Notes: generated by a model not told the origin, from the sequence alone. Counted from the first letter of the stretch, positions 8,979 through 19,357 are shown. The stretch: 64,000 nt of DNA from Nitrospinaceae bacterium (GCA_965237905.1 OZ250172.1:2208001-2272000); one strand, 5' to 3'. A program made the numbers and translations.

Positions 8979-10801
8979 CAGGCTATGGCGATGAGGTTGC
9001 GTGTGCTGGTTTCCAGCAATAATTTTTCAAACGCGCGTTGAAAGGATTCTTCCGCTCCGGTATCCAGTTCCGACAAGGCTTCGAGGCGCGCCGATTTAAA
9101 ATCGAGGCGGCCCACGTCCTCGTTCAAGAGTGATTCCAGCTGGGCTTGCAGGCGCGGTAGAATTCCGGTTTCGGTATCGTTGAACAATTTCAGCACGTTG
9201 TCCGGTTGCGATTCCAGCGCCAGGGTCAGCGCCGGAACATTCACACTGATTGTATCATCGCTTTCGGTTTTAATCCCCACCGAAGACAGTTTTTTGAACA
9301 ATTCACTGCCGCGGTTGGCAAACAGCGCCCCCAGTCCGTCGCGGATGGCCTGCGCGGTTCGAGTGATTCCCAATTCCGTGGTTGAAAATTTGTCGGTGTT
9401 TACACTGTTGAGTCCCAACGACGGCGGCAGACTGTTGAAAGGGTCGACCGCTTCCCGGCTGGCATCACGGCTTTCGTTGGTGCGGATGCCCGTTTGTGAA
9501 TTTTCCGTCAATTCCTCGCGAACCGATTGCAGTTCGAAGTCGTTCGCGAAGGTTTTGGCAAACGCCAGGGAATCGTTGAGAGCGGTGATTGCGTCGTTGA
9601 GCCGCAGGAACAACGATTGAATCTGATTGACCGCGGCGCTGGCGTCGGTTTCCACAGTGACGCGAACGGTTTCGCCTATGCCACTCCGGACCTCCAGTGT
9701 GATTCCCTCAAAAATATCCGAGAAAATATTGGTGGCGCTGGTAAAAGTTTCGCTGTCGATGGTGATTTCCGCATCGTTCCCGCTGACTACCAGATTGGTG
9801 CCGGAGGCGTTTATCTGCACTTCATTTTGGATCAACTCCCCGTTGGCGTCCAGTTCGAGAAACCCCAGATTGAACAGCACGGCGTCGGGGTCGCTCAAGG
9901 TGATGGCGGAGTTGTCGCCGGTCTGGCTGGTGAGCAACAGGCGGTTGTCTTGAATGGTGGCGGTGACCTGATGGTCCTGCGTGCCGCCGTCCAGGCGTTC
10001 GTTGCCGTTCACGTCCTCCGCCGGGTCCAGCACGCCGTTGCCGTTCTGGTCTTCGATGATGAAAATGCCGGAACCGTATTGACTGCCGCTTACCTGGATG
10101 GTTTCGATGATGCCGTTGCCGTTGACGTCCTCCGCTTCGTCGAGCACGCCGTTGCCGTTGACGTCTTCGCCCCGGTTGATCTTGTTCTGGATGTCTGCCA
10201 GGGTGTCGGTGGCGATGACGGTGATTTCCACGCCGTTGATGCGGAAACTGCCGCTCAACCCCAGCGCGCCAGTGCCCTGTACGTCGGAGGCCAGCACACT
10301 GCGCGAGGCGACGGCGTTAAGGGTGACTTCAAATTTCGCTTCCCCGGCAGTACTGTCTGCAAAAACGCGGAGCGCGCCGGAGTCGGACGATTTGGCGGTC
10401 AATAAATTGAACGCGTTGCCGAGACGCAATTCTTCCACCTTGTCCAACAGCGCCTGCAGGCGGATTTGGAGGTTGCCGATGTCGTCGGTTTGCCGGCTGG
10501 TGAGGCGCGATGCACCGACTTCGTCGACGATCGGGAAATGGCTGAGCTGAAACCGGTCGGTCACAAAACGCCCGGCGGCGTTGACGCGGAATGCCGAGAG
10601 CGTGCCTCTCAGGTCGTCCACCTGCGGCACGCGGTTGGAGACGAACACAAAGGAGTCGAACAGCAAATCGGCGGGCGTCGGGCGGTCCGCGCCGAACTGG
10701 TTGATCTGCGCACGGAAATCGTTCAGCGTGATGCCATCCAGCCTGTCGGATTTCGGGAACAGCGGCGGAATGAGATTGCTTGAGATGCCAAACGTCGTCA
10801 T
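8978..10801 (-). CDS. fliD: Flagellar filament cap FliD-like protein with DxNGNG repeat insert
   Basis: TDTLADIQNKIN, RLLLTSQTG, DAEITID..TNIF..GITL, LSSVGI..LF C-terminal FliD pattern. Confidence 0.7.
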   Translation of the reverse strand: MTTFGISSNLIPPLFPKSDRLDGITLNDFRAQINQFGADRPTPADLLFDSFVFVSNRVPQVDDLRGTLSAFRVNAAGRFVTDRFQLSHFPIVDEVGASRLTSRQTDDIGNLQIRLQALLDKVEELRLGNAFNLLTAKSSDSGALRVFADSTAGEAKFEVTLNAVASRSVLASDVQGTGALGLSGSFRINGVEITVIATDTLADIQNKINRGEDVNGNGVLDEAEDVNGNGIIETIQVSGSQYGSGIFIIEDQNGNGVLDPAEDVNGNERLDGGTQDHQVTATIQDNRLLLTSQTGDNSAITLSDPDAVLFNLGFLELDANGELIQNEVQINASGTNLVVSGNDAEITIDSETFTSATNIFSDIFEGITLEVRSGIGETVRVTVETDASAAVNQIQSLFLRLNDAITALNDSLAFAKTFANDFELQSVREELTENSQTGIRTNESRDASREAVDPFNSLPPSLGLNSVNTDKFSTTELGITRTAQAIRDGLGALFANRGSELFKKLSSVGIKTESDDTISVNVPALTLALESQPDNVLKLFNDTETGILPRLQAQLESLLNEDVGRLDFKSARLEALSELDTGAEESFQRAFEKLLLETSTRNLIAIA

Positions 10802-10820
10802 GTGGGTCTCCGGGTTTTCA

Positions 10821-12578
10821 TTAGATGAACCGGTCGATGTTTTGGCCCCGTTCCGTCAGTAAGAATTCCGGAGTGCGCGGTTCCGGCGGTGCGGCGCGTT
10901 CCTCTTCGGGCCGCGTCACCCCTTCGGTTGTTTCCTGTTCTCTCAGATCGTTGAGGAGTTCCGCACTGACGGCTTCCAGGTTTTCAAATACGGCTGGCGG
11001 TGGCGGTGCGTTGTTTTGGACTTCGGTGACCGGCCCACCGGCGGCTTCGGTGACTTCCTCCGGAGATTCGATACGGTTATTGAACTCCTGCAAAAAATTC
11101 CGCAATTCACGATTGCTCCGGAGAGCGGGGTCGGTGCCCAGATTGTTGCGGCGCAAAGCCTGCGGATTTTCATTGAGTACCTCCACGTTACCCGGTACCG
11201 GTGGCGCTACCGGCACAGCGTTCTCGAATGCGGGAGGAGAAACGTTGAGCGGAGCCTGATCCACGGCAGGAATATCTTCTTCCCGTGCTTCCAGTTCCAG
11301 ATTGCGAACAAACGGTTCATCCGGGTCCAGCTCGGGAAAGGCCGGGGGTTGCACGGCCTGGGTTTCCTGATCCTCCTCGAGAACCTGCCTGCTGTCGATC
11401 AGGGATGAGACCGCAGTTCCAGGGGCTACGGGACCGGGATTGTCGGCCGGATCGCGTTGCGCAACACGCAGATCGGGAAGCACGGGACTGAAATCAGTAT
11501 CCTGTGCGTTTGCCGTCACTTCAGCCGTTGCCGGCGCCACGTTCACCCCAAGCGGCGCGGCGGGAGGAGGCACTATTTCTGCCTGCGGTTCGGATGTACC
11601 GGGTCTGGGAATGGCGCCCGCTTCTTCCAACACTTGATCCACGGTAGCCAGAGAAATAAAGCTATTTTCATTGCCTGCCGTTTCCAGGTCCAGGCTCAAA
11701 GCCCGGCCTTCGCCGAAATTCCGGGTTTCCTGAATATTGGGTCCGGGCGGATCCTCCCCAACGTTGGGAGGTGTGAGAACATTCACCCGTCCTTCCGTGC
11801 GAGGTACAGGAGTATTTCCTCGAAGTCCCACGGTGTTTTCTGCCGGTGCGTCTTCCGCAGGTTCTGGAATGGCCCCATCGTCAGTTCCAACAGAGAACGG
11901 ACCGCGGGGCGGTAGAGCCACGGGAACAAATCGGTTTTCGTTGCGGGGTGCCGCTTGGTTATCCTGCTCCAGTTCGATCTCGGCCACGGGCGGCGCTTCC
12001 GGGGCCGCTATCGGAACGGGTGGCGGTTCCGACGCAATACTGTTTTCGATTCTCGCTGTCGTTTGCTCACGCGTTTCACGTTCCGCATTTTGGACGAGCG
12101 GGATCGCAGGATTGAGTCCCGGCGCATTCGGCGGTTCCGCCGGGTTCCGGTCCGGGAGGGTGGCTGCCTCGTTCGAGGCGCGATTTTCTTCCAACCTGTT
12201 GGCAAAATTTTGCAGAGTCGATATCGCCGGAGTTTCGATGACTGTCCGGTCGGGAGTCCCGATCTCGCGGCGTTGCGTTTCCAAATTCAGGAGATTGGGG
12301 GTGGCAGGATTCACCACATTTTCCCCCGGTATGAGGTCTATCGGTAACGGGACGGTTTCTTCCAGCGGTTGGACAGGCACGATGACCCGCGCGTTGGCTG
12401 AAATGGTGACGCGGTCGATGCCGTTGGCGAGGGAGCCGGGGATCGGTGCTTCATCTTCGATCCGGTTCTCGACCGGGCGGGTTTCCTCCTCTTCTTCCCG
12501 ATCGGGAGGATCCAACGCATCCGGCCTCAGCAGAACCAGCGGATTGATCGGCGGAAATTGTTCTTCAAGATGCGGCAT
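10821..12578 (-). CDS. Pro/Glu/Asn-rich, probably disordered protein in flagellar operon
   Basis: 585-aa low-complexity ORF; DRVTIS near N-terminus, RGQNIDRFI C-terminus. Confidence 0.7.
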   Translation of the reverse strand: MPHLEEQFPPINPLVLLRPDALDPPDREEEEETRPVENRIEDEAPIPGSLANGIDRVTISANARVIVPVQPLEETVPLPIDLIPGENVVNPATPNLLNLETQRREIGTPDRTVIETPAISTLQNFANRLEENRASNEAATLPDRNPAEPPNAPGLNPAIPLVQNAERETREQTTARIENSIASEPPPVPIAAPEAPPVAEIELEQDNQAAPRNENRFVPVALPPRGPFSVGTDDGAIPEPAEDAPAENTVGLRGNTPVPRTEGRVNVLTPPNVGEDPPGPNIQETRNFGEGRALSLDLETAGNENSFISLATVDQVLEEAGAIPRPGTSEPQAEIVPPPAAPLGVNVAPATAEVTANAQDTDFSPVLPDLRVAQRDPADNPGPVAPGTAVSSLIDSRQVLEEDQETQAVQPPAFPELDPDEPFVRNLELEAREEDIPAVDQAPLNVSPPAFENAVPVAPPVPGNVEVLNENPQALRRNNLGTDPALRSNRELRNFLQEFNNRIESPEEVTEAAGGPVTEVQNNAPPPPAVFENLEAVSAELLNDLREQETTEGVTRPEEERAAPPEPRTPEFLLTERGQNIDRFI

Positions 12579-12686
12579 AAATTTTTCCGTTTTAGCTTAC
12601 CCGTTCGCTTGCCGGGTTATTGCCTCAATTAGGAAGTTGTATTGAGAGCGCCCGAGATCCGTCGAACAATAAATTTAAAAAAACGT

Positions 12687-12713
12687 TAAAGTCTGTCCCT
12701 TTTCCGCCGATAA
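12687..12713 (+). promoter_or_regulatory. sigma28 (FliA) promoter
   Basis: TAAA-N15-GCCGATAA, exact consensus. Confidence 0.7.
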
Positions 12714-12849
12714 CCTGCAAGAGTTGGATGCGCTCCTTTAAAGTCGGCGGAATCAAAAATTTTAAAAGCCCGAAAACAAAGGCTTTTAAAGAGGGCCGAA
12801 GCGCCGGGGAAAGCGGCTTCCGACTCAGGGAACAGCATTCCTGATATCC

Positions 12850-12876
12850 TTATCGGCCGCATTTCCTGAGACTTAA
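12850..12876 (-). promoter_or_regulatory. sigma28 (FliA) promoter facing the fliD-like operon
   Basis: Minus strand TTAA-N15-GCCGATAA. Confidence 0.7.
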
Positions 12877-12943
12877 GTGTTTTTTTGAGGTTTTTTGTGA
12901 TTTTTAAGCTATTGAAATTAAAGGGATAGTTGAGGTCGGAATT

Positions 12944-13050
12944 AACCTCCCCTGTATCCCCTCCTTGAAAAGGAGGGGAAATGTGTAGCACTTGGAGTCT
13001 GTCGCAGTGTGACACCGTGTCGCCTTTCGACAAGCTCAGGGTGACACGGC
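12944..13050. repeat. Palindromic miniature repeats
   Basis: AACCTCCCCTGTATCCCCTCCTTGAAAAGGAGGGGA and TTCGACAAGCTCAGGGTGACAC. Confidence 0.75.
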
Positions 13051-13187
13051 TATGTAAATTTCTCGCCGCCGTTAGGCGGGGAGCGAGCCTGGGAAAGTTG
13101 GCCTTGACCCTCCCCCCGCGAAATGATAGAAAAAAGGCCTTCTACAGCACGTTTAACCACAGCCCAACCGTTTTTGGAGATACTGAA

Positions 13188-13388
13188 ATGGAAGTGAATA
13201 CCATCAAGTTGGAAATCCGCAAGCACCACGTCACCCCGGGGATCAACGTCCTGGACCTGGTGATCGACGCCAACGGCGAGAAGATTATCAAGCAGACTCA
13301 GCATAAAGATACCGATATGGCCTACAAGAAATTCGTCGAGGATATCATCAAAGTGGCCCAGGAATTGGCCAACGCCCGGATCGAATAA
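13188..13388 (+). CDS. Small hypothetical protein (66 aa)
   Basis: GGAGA RBS before ATG (MEVNTIKLE); host-like codon usage. Confidence 0.7.
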   Translation: MEVNTIKLEIRKHHVTPGINVLDLVIDANGEKIIKQTQHKDTDMAYKKFVEDIIKVAQELANARIE

Positions 13389-13472
13389 TTTCCACTCGGG
13401 TTTTCCATATTTTTAATCGGGGAAAATGACTGGCGGGTAGGGCAGACCAGGTGCCGGGGCCAAATAAAACAA

Positions 13473-13556
13473 TCTCCTCTCCCCTCATGGTGAGAGGATT
13501 AAGGTGAGGGGTGGAGTTGTCATAACCTCCACTGTATCCCCTCCTTTATAAGGAGG
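13473..13556 (+). repeat. 84-bp composite repeat, copy 1
   Basis: 78/84 identical to 14946-15029 by manual alignment. Confidence 0.9.
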
Positions 13557-13582
13557 GAAAAAGTTGGCACCGGCGCTTCGCC

Positions 13583-13605
13583 GGCCAGCGTGACGCTGGA
13601 CCCAA
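13583..13605 (-). repeat. TGGGTCCAGCG hairpin repeat copy
   Basis: Reverse complement TTGGGTCCAGCGTCACGCTGGCC. Confidence 0.75.
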
Positions 13606-13729
13606 CCGGGCAAGGCCCGGAGCTGATTTCCAATTGCGCCCCACCATTATTGTCAGCAATCAGCAATCAGCGGTCAGCAAGTTTCCCCTCCCCGTCAGGG
13701 GAGTCAGCAAATTCGCCAGCCGCGCAGGC

Positions 13730-14779
<1,050 letters not shown>

Positions 14780-14812
14780 ATTTCAATACTTTACAACAAC
14801 TTAGGTCAGCAT

Positions 14813-14848
14813 GTCAAATTTTTGTCGAAAATATGTCGGATTTTTTGC
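14813..14848. promoter_or_regulatory. Three overlapping GTC-N8 boxes at 11-bp period (FleQ-box-like)
   Basis: GTCAAATTTTTGTC / GTCGAAAATATGTC / GTCGGATTTTTTGC directly upstream of activator gene. Confidence 0.35.
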
Positions 14849-14874
14849 CAGGCCACGCCTGGGGGAAATTTAAA

Positions 14875-15085
14875 ACCTCTCCCTTTATGAAAGCCTGTCC
14901 TGAGCCTGTCGAAGGAAAGGGGGCCAGGATACAGAATTCTAAAAGTCTCCTCTCCTCTCATGGGGAGAGGATTAAGGTGAGGGGTGGAGTTGTCACAACC
15001 TCCCCTGTATCCCCTCCTTGGTAAGGAGGTGGTTTGCTCCCCCTTGTTTGAAAGCCTGTCCTGAGCTTGTCGAAGGAAAGGGGGA
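14875..15085. repeat. Nested miniature repeat cluster including copy 2 of the 84-bp repeat (14946-15029)
   Basis: Two GAAAGCCTGTCCTGAGCYTGTCGAAGGAAAGGGGG units flank the 84-bp repeat. Confidence 0.85.
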
Positions 15086-15116
15086 CGGAGGGCAGTTATG
15101 GGTGTATACTAAAAAG

Positions 15117-15347
15117 ATGAAAGAAGTTAAGACAAAGTGCGATATGTGTGATCGCTTGTTTCAGTTCGGACCCGGCCGGTATAAGGGGAAGTATATTGAA
15201 CACTATGCAATGATCCTCTGCAATTCCTGCTTTAAAACCAATTGGGAGGGCTTTCCCCCCGGACTTGAGGCTCAATTCGTTGCGCATATGAAGAGCAAAG
15301 ATATTGCGTTACCCGAACGCAATAAACAAGGATGGTTCCCCCGTTAG
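15117..15347 (+). CDS. Small protein with two CxxC motifs, putative Zn-binding
   Basis: CDMC...CNSC; 76 aa. Confidence 0.6.
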   Translation: MKEVKTKCDMCDRLFQFGPGRYKGKYIEHYAMILCNSCFKTNWEGFPPGLEAQFVAHMKSKDIALPERNKQGWFPR

Positions 15348-15662
15348 ACGGATTTACTCCCCCCCTCCATCAGAAAACAACCCTCTCAGATAGCCGTTAT
15401 TGCCCGTTCTCTACCTCCCCCTTGTAAAGGGGGATGGGGGATTCCTCCTTTTGCTTTTATGAATATGCAGGGGGCTTTGGGGGGGGGGCGGAGGAGGGGT
15501 TTAGGAGTCAAAGAATGTGCAAGTCATTTTATTTCAAGACATTTGCTGGTAGTAATAAATTGGTTCGACTATAAAATAATAGTCTTGTGATTAAATTAAA
15601 ATCTTGACCAGTGTTTTATTTTTAGGATAATTAGGCTTCCCATGATCCCAAGAGGTATTTCC

Positions 15663-16277
15663 ATGAGTAGTGCTTTTGACTACAACAATGACAAACTAAA
15701 AATCCCGGGCCAATTTTTGGACGTTGGGAAGATTACCGTTATGTTTATGGATATTGTTGGGGTAAGTAAAAATGACAACCAGAAAATGAGAAATGCCTTT
15801 AGAACACTTCAGAATGCTCTTTCGGATATTTTGGTAAAAGTTAAATGGGACACTGAAGGTAGCGAAAATGGGGCCATTTTGATTCCGACGGGGGATGGCT
15901 ACGCCATAGGATTTGAACCAAACTTTGTTGATGATGAAGAGGCATTAAGATTCTCTCAAGAAATTTCGATTAGAATGAAAGAGGAAACTTTTCCTTTAAG
16001 GATAGGCATTAATAAAGGCCCATGCTTTGTCCATCTTGATTTAAATAAAAAAATAAATTTATGTGGTTGGGGAATAGTTGATGCCGAAAGGACAATGAGT
16101 TTAGGGGAACAAAACCACATTCTTTGTGAGGAAAGTTTTGCTAAACCAATCAAGGATAACCGTGCAAATTCAAAACTTATCAAACTAAAAAAATACTCCG
16201 TAAAACATGGTCGCGAATTAACCATATATAATTATTTTTCCAAAGATGAATTTGGAAACCATGACAAGCCGGAATGA
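15663..16277 (+). CDS. Stand-alone class III nucleotide cyclase-family protein
   Basis: VMFMDIVG, PTGDG, LRIGINKG, AER, ILC, VKHG; GAGGT RBS. Confidence 0.85.
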   Translation: MSSAFDYNNDKLKIPGQFLDVGKITVMFMDIVGVSKNDNQKMRNAFRTLQNALSDILVKVKWDTEGSENGAILIPTGDGYAIGFEPNFVDDEEALRFSQEISIRMKEETFPLRIGINKGPCFVHLDLNKKINLCGWGIVDAERTMSLGEQNHILCEESFAKPIKDNRANSKLIKLKKYSVKHGRELTIYNYFSKDEFGNHDKPE

Positions 16278-16281
16278 ATTT

Positions 16282-16827
16282 ATGACTAAGATGCCTTTAT
16301 CAAAAGACCAAAAATATTCATCCAAAGAAAACCATTATAGGGCAAAATTTGCCTGGAACCTTTATCTAGATATCAAATCCGCAATAAACAGTTTGCGTGG
16401 AAGGTTTGTTACTAGGGATAAGGCAGACAGGTTATTCAAGAAATTTATTACCTTAGAGGATTCAGATAAATTTTTTATTGTTAATAGTTTATCTAAGGTT
16501 GACAATGATGTTTCACGCGCTTTTCTTGAAACGGTTTTAATTTCAGATTTTAATGACGTAGTTAGACATGAGGCGGCTTTTTCTCTGGGTTGGGTAGGAG
16601 ATGAAATATCAAAAAACGTTCTAAAATCTGCAATTATTGATGATGAGAGTGTTTTGGTTCGGCATGAAGCTGTTATGGCTCTTTCTGAAATCGGATCGGA
16701 AGAGGACATTGACTTTGTAGAAGAAATTCTAACCTCTGAAGAAAATAAAGAAGTGATTCTGTCCTGCCATATAACACTTAAAAGATTAGATGATCGTATA
16801 AAAAAGTTACTCCCGCCTATTTCTTGA
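16282..16827 (+). CDS. HEAT-repeat protein with two VRHEA motifs (DOHH/PBS-lyase-like)
   Basis: DVVRHEAAFSLG and VLVRHEAVMALSEIG; ATG 4 nt after cyclase stop (start uncertain). Confidence 0.8.
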   Translation: MTKMPLSKDQKYSSKENHYRAKFAWNLYLDIKSAINSLRGRFVTRDKADRLFKKFITLEDSDKFFIVNSLSKVDNDVSRAFLETVLISDFNDVVRHEAAFSLGWVGDEISKNVLKSAIIDDESVLVRHEAVMALSEIGSEEDIDFVEEILTSEENKEVILSCHITLKRLDDRIKKLLPPIS

Positions 16828-16862
16828 CCCATAATATTTCCCTGGAGGCGAGGGTTTTTGGG

Positions 16863-17252
16863 TTAAATTAAACGCTCCCACAAAAACTCAAGTAAAACGT
16901 AATAGGCACAAACTATGGCTATTATTTTCCCCCAGAAAAAAATATTTGCTGGCCAATTTATTTGACGAGGCGGGTAAATTTCTTCTTCTTCACTTACTCC
17001 CGCGTCTCTCAATCTTTCCTTATAAATACCCCAGATCGCCGTTGGAACAATGCAATGAAGCAAATCTAAACTTAACCCCACGACAAGGAGGCCCCCTGCC
17101 CAATACAAATCAGGAGAGATGGTTAAGGTCCCGTTGATTTCGGTTCGAAAAACCCAGATCAAGGCAATCCCAGCAAAACCCAAATTTCTTACAACATCAC
17201 TGGTTTTTTTTGAATAATTGTAATATTCATCTTGAATTTCTTTGAATTTCAT
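16863..17252 (-). CDS. Small membrane protein (about 3 TM)
   Basis: Three hydrophobic segments; ATGA overlap with upstream gene. Confidence 0.8.
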   Translation of the reverse strand: MKFKEIQDEYYNYSKKTSDVVRNLGFAGIALIWVFRTEINGTLTISPDLYWAGGLLVVGLSLDLLHCIVPTAIWGIYKERLRDAGVSEEEEIYPPRQINWPANIFFWGKIIAIVCAYYVLLEFLWERLI

Positions 17253-17500
17253 CGTTTTTTACGGCTCGGTTTTGGTCCGGTACTATTTGTGCCTTTTCGA
17301 TTTACATTATCTCTTTTCGACGAATCAGGATTATCGCGGACATATTTTCTATTATTTATCTTTACTACATGCGCCCCCGGGTGCTTGCCTTCTTCCACTT
17401 CTTTGACAACTTGAGTACGGGGGACATTTTTTCTGGGTCCGATTTTGTAGGTTTCATTACGACCACCCGGTCCATCGTTGTTCCCTCTTATCTTAGTCAT
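17249..17500 (-). CDS. Small basic DUF3892-like protein
   Basis: YVRDNPDSSKRDNVN resembles DUF3892 YLRxxPD..NL motif; GGGAGG RBS. Confidence 0.6.
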   Translation of the reverse strand: MTKIRGNNDGPGGRNETYKIGPRKNVPRTQVVKEVEEGKHPGAHVVKINNRKYVRDNPDSSKRDNVNRKGTNSTGPKPSRKKR

Positions 17501-17817
17501 TGTTTACCTCCCACAAATGGCTGCTGTTAGATGGAATTTCTCAGCTTTTGTCAATCTACCTCATTTGAGTTTAAAAAACCAGAGACCAAAGGCCTACCAG
17601 TGTGGACCTAACAGCCTTCTCTTTTATTTTCCAATACAAAAATCGTTGAAGATCTGGTCGAGGAGGTCGTCAAGAACCAAGGGAACAGGGAAAAAGGAAC
17701 AGGGGGAAGGCAAACCCTATTCATCCAAGACAGCAAGAGGAGGAATCCCCCTGACCCCCTTTACAAGGGGGAACTTCAGAACTATCCTTGAGTTATGCGA
17801 ACAATTAGGAGGGAGAG

Positions 17818-18033
17818 ATGCGATATTTTGTAATTCTATGGGTAGTGGGATTGCTGGCGGGGTGCGCCGCGCCCCAGACTGTTATGCTTGAACATCCCAC
17901 TACTGGCAAGATTGTTCAATGCGGCCCTTTTGAGACGCTTATGGAGGAATCTCAATGTCTTGGTGATTTCGAGTCAAAGGGATATAAAAGAATCTGGCAA
18001 GAGCCACTCATAAAACCTGCCAATAGTTATTAA
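17818..18033 (+). CDS. Small lipoprotein
   Basis: Lipobox LAGC; GGAGG RBS; two further Cys. Confidence 0.7.
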   Translation: MRYFVILWVVGLLAGCAAPQTVMLEHPTTGKIVQCGPFETLMEESQCLGDFESKGYKRIWQEPLIKPANSY

Positions 18034-18617
18034 ACTAAAGCGGCCCCTTCATATTCAGGTTCAGTTGTCGCAAAGTATCGATAACCCCCGGTTAAGGTTA
18101 TGGTTGGACTAACCTTAACACCAAAACCGGCCATAAACTGGTAAGCGAAAACAGTTGCGCTATCATCTACAAATGGTGAAAACGGAACACCAGAAACAGA
18201 AAAGTCCGTATTGACATGGGCCACCCCGATTCCTCCGCCTAAATAAGGTACCAAAGAGAAGTTTGGTGTATGAAAATCATAATATCCATTTACCATGAAA
18301 CTTAAAGCTGAAATTTCACCATCGGCGTTTGTCACAACGCCTGGTAGCGAGGATTCATCAACATCATTGCTACGGTATGCAATTTCACCCTCTGCTCTGA
18401 TATTGCCATAATCATATCCTATCGCCCCGGCAATATTGAATCCCGGATCATAACTGGTTTCAAAAGCACTCCCGGGAATACTTGGGTATTCATCATCAGA
18501 ATCCATTAAAAAACTTACTCCCGCAAGCCCCGACACATACATTCCCTTATCTGCGGCCTGAGCAGATGTCGTGATAAAAGCCAAAGCAAAGACAGCCATC
18601 ACAAGTAATCGTTTCAT
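18030..18617 (-). pseudogene. Outer-membrane beta-barrel protein, apparently lacking last strand
   Basis: Signal peptide, GYDY, RAEGE, MVNGYYDF, PYLGGGIG, FAYQ, GYRYF; ends EGAALV without terminal aromatic strand. Confidence 0.55.
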
Positions 18618-18814
18618 TACCTCCCCTCCTATTAATGCAGTAAATTTAGATAAAAGGAAGCTTACAAAAGCCACCACTCTACAAGGGTAAATCTAAACAA
18701 GAATATACTACATTTTTGGCCGGTACGGTTAATCGCATTCCTGCTCGTTCATGCAACACAAACATTGGCCCTTCGCTGGTCCCTTAAATGCACCAGCCTT
18801 GCGCTGTGGTTGTA

Positions 18815-19249
18815 TCAGCGTCTTTTTGGAATCATCTTAAATTTAAAAAATGGAGCTTCCTTGAAAAAGTTGGCACTGCCGGGGACCGCCGCCGCGCGTC
18901 CAGCCGCAGAATCTTCCCGTTTTTTGAGGTCCGCTTGCTGTTCCGAGTATTTATCCCAAAGATACTTTTTAACATCATTCGGGGTGGGACCCAAAGCCTC
19001 CTTTTCCGCCCGCTTCAATTTTTGACGTGCTCGGATTTCCAAAACCGGATCGATCGCATCATCCGCAGAGGCCTCATCGACAATGCTGTTCAGAATCACT
19101 ATGATTTCCTCCCGCATTGCCAGTCGCTCCTTGAGGATGGTCTCGTAGGGCTCCAATACCTCAGGATCGGGTGCGGAATCACACCCCACTCCGGCCAAAA
19201 GTGCCAGTCCCAGGATGCCGCAGGCTAAGTATGTCGGATAACCTTTCAT
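18815..19249 (-). CDS. Hypothetical lipoprotein
   Basis: Signal peptide ending LAGVGC; helical body. Confidence 0.65.
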   Translation of the reverse strand: MKGYPTYLACGILGLALLAGVGCDSAPDPEVLEPYETILKERLAMREEIIVILNSIVDEASADDAIDPVLEIRARQKLKRAEKEALGPTPNDVKKYLWDKYSEQQADLKKREDSAAGRAAAVPGSANFFKEAPFFKFKMIPKRR

Positions 19250-19357
19250 ATTTTAATTATCAGGAAGGGTAGAGTACTTGTCTACTGTTTTACGAAGATT
19301 TTGAAGGAATCCATCCCTGAAAGTTTCCCGCGGCACCAAATCCCCCCGGCCCCCCAA

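Noticed and set aside
13651..13680. TCAGCAA/TCAGCGG heptamer run
   Set aside because: Only about four units at a single locus; no function can be supported
15478..15488. Poly-G tract as a phase-variation site
   Set aside because: Intergenic, beside G/C-rich repeat debris and well upstream of the likely cyclase promoter
15663..17252. Canonical Pycsar or CBASS call
   Set aside because: No co-oriented TM/TIR effector and no CD-NTase motif; kept as an unclassified candidate
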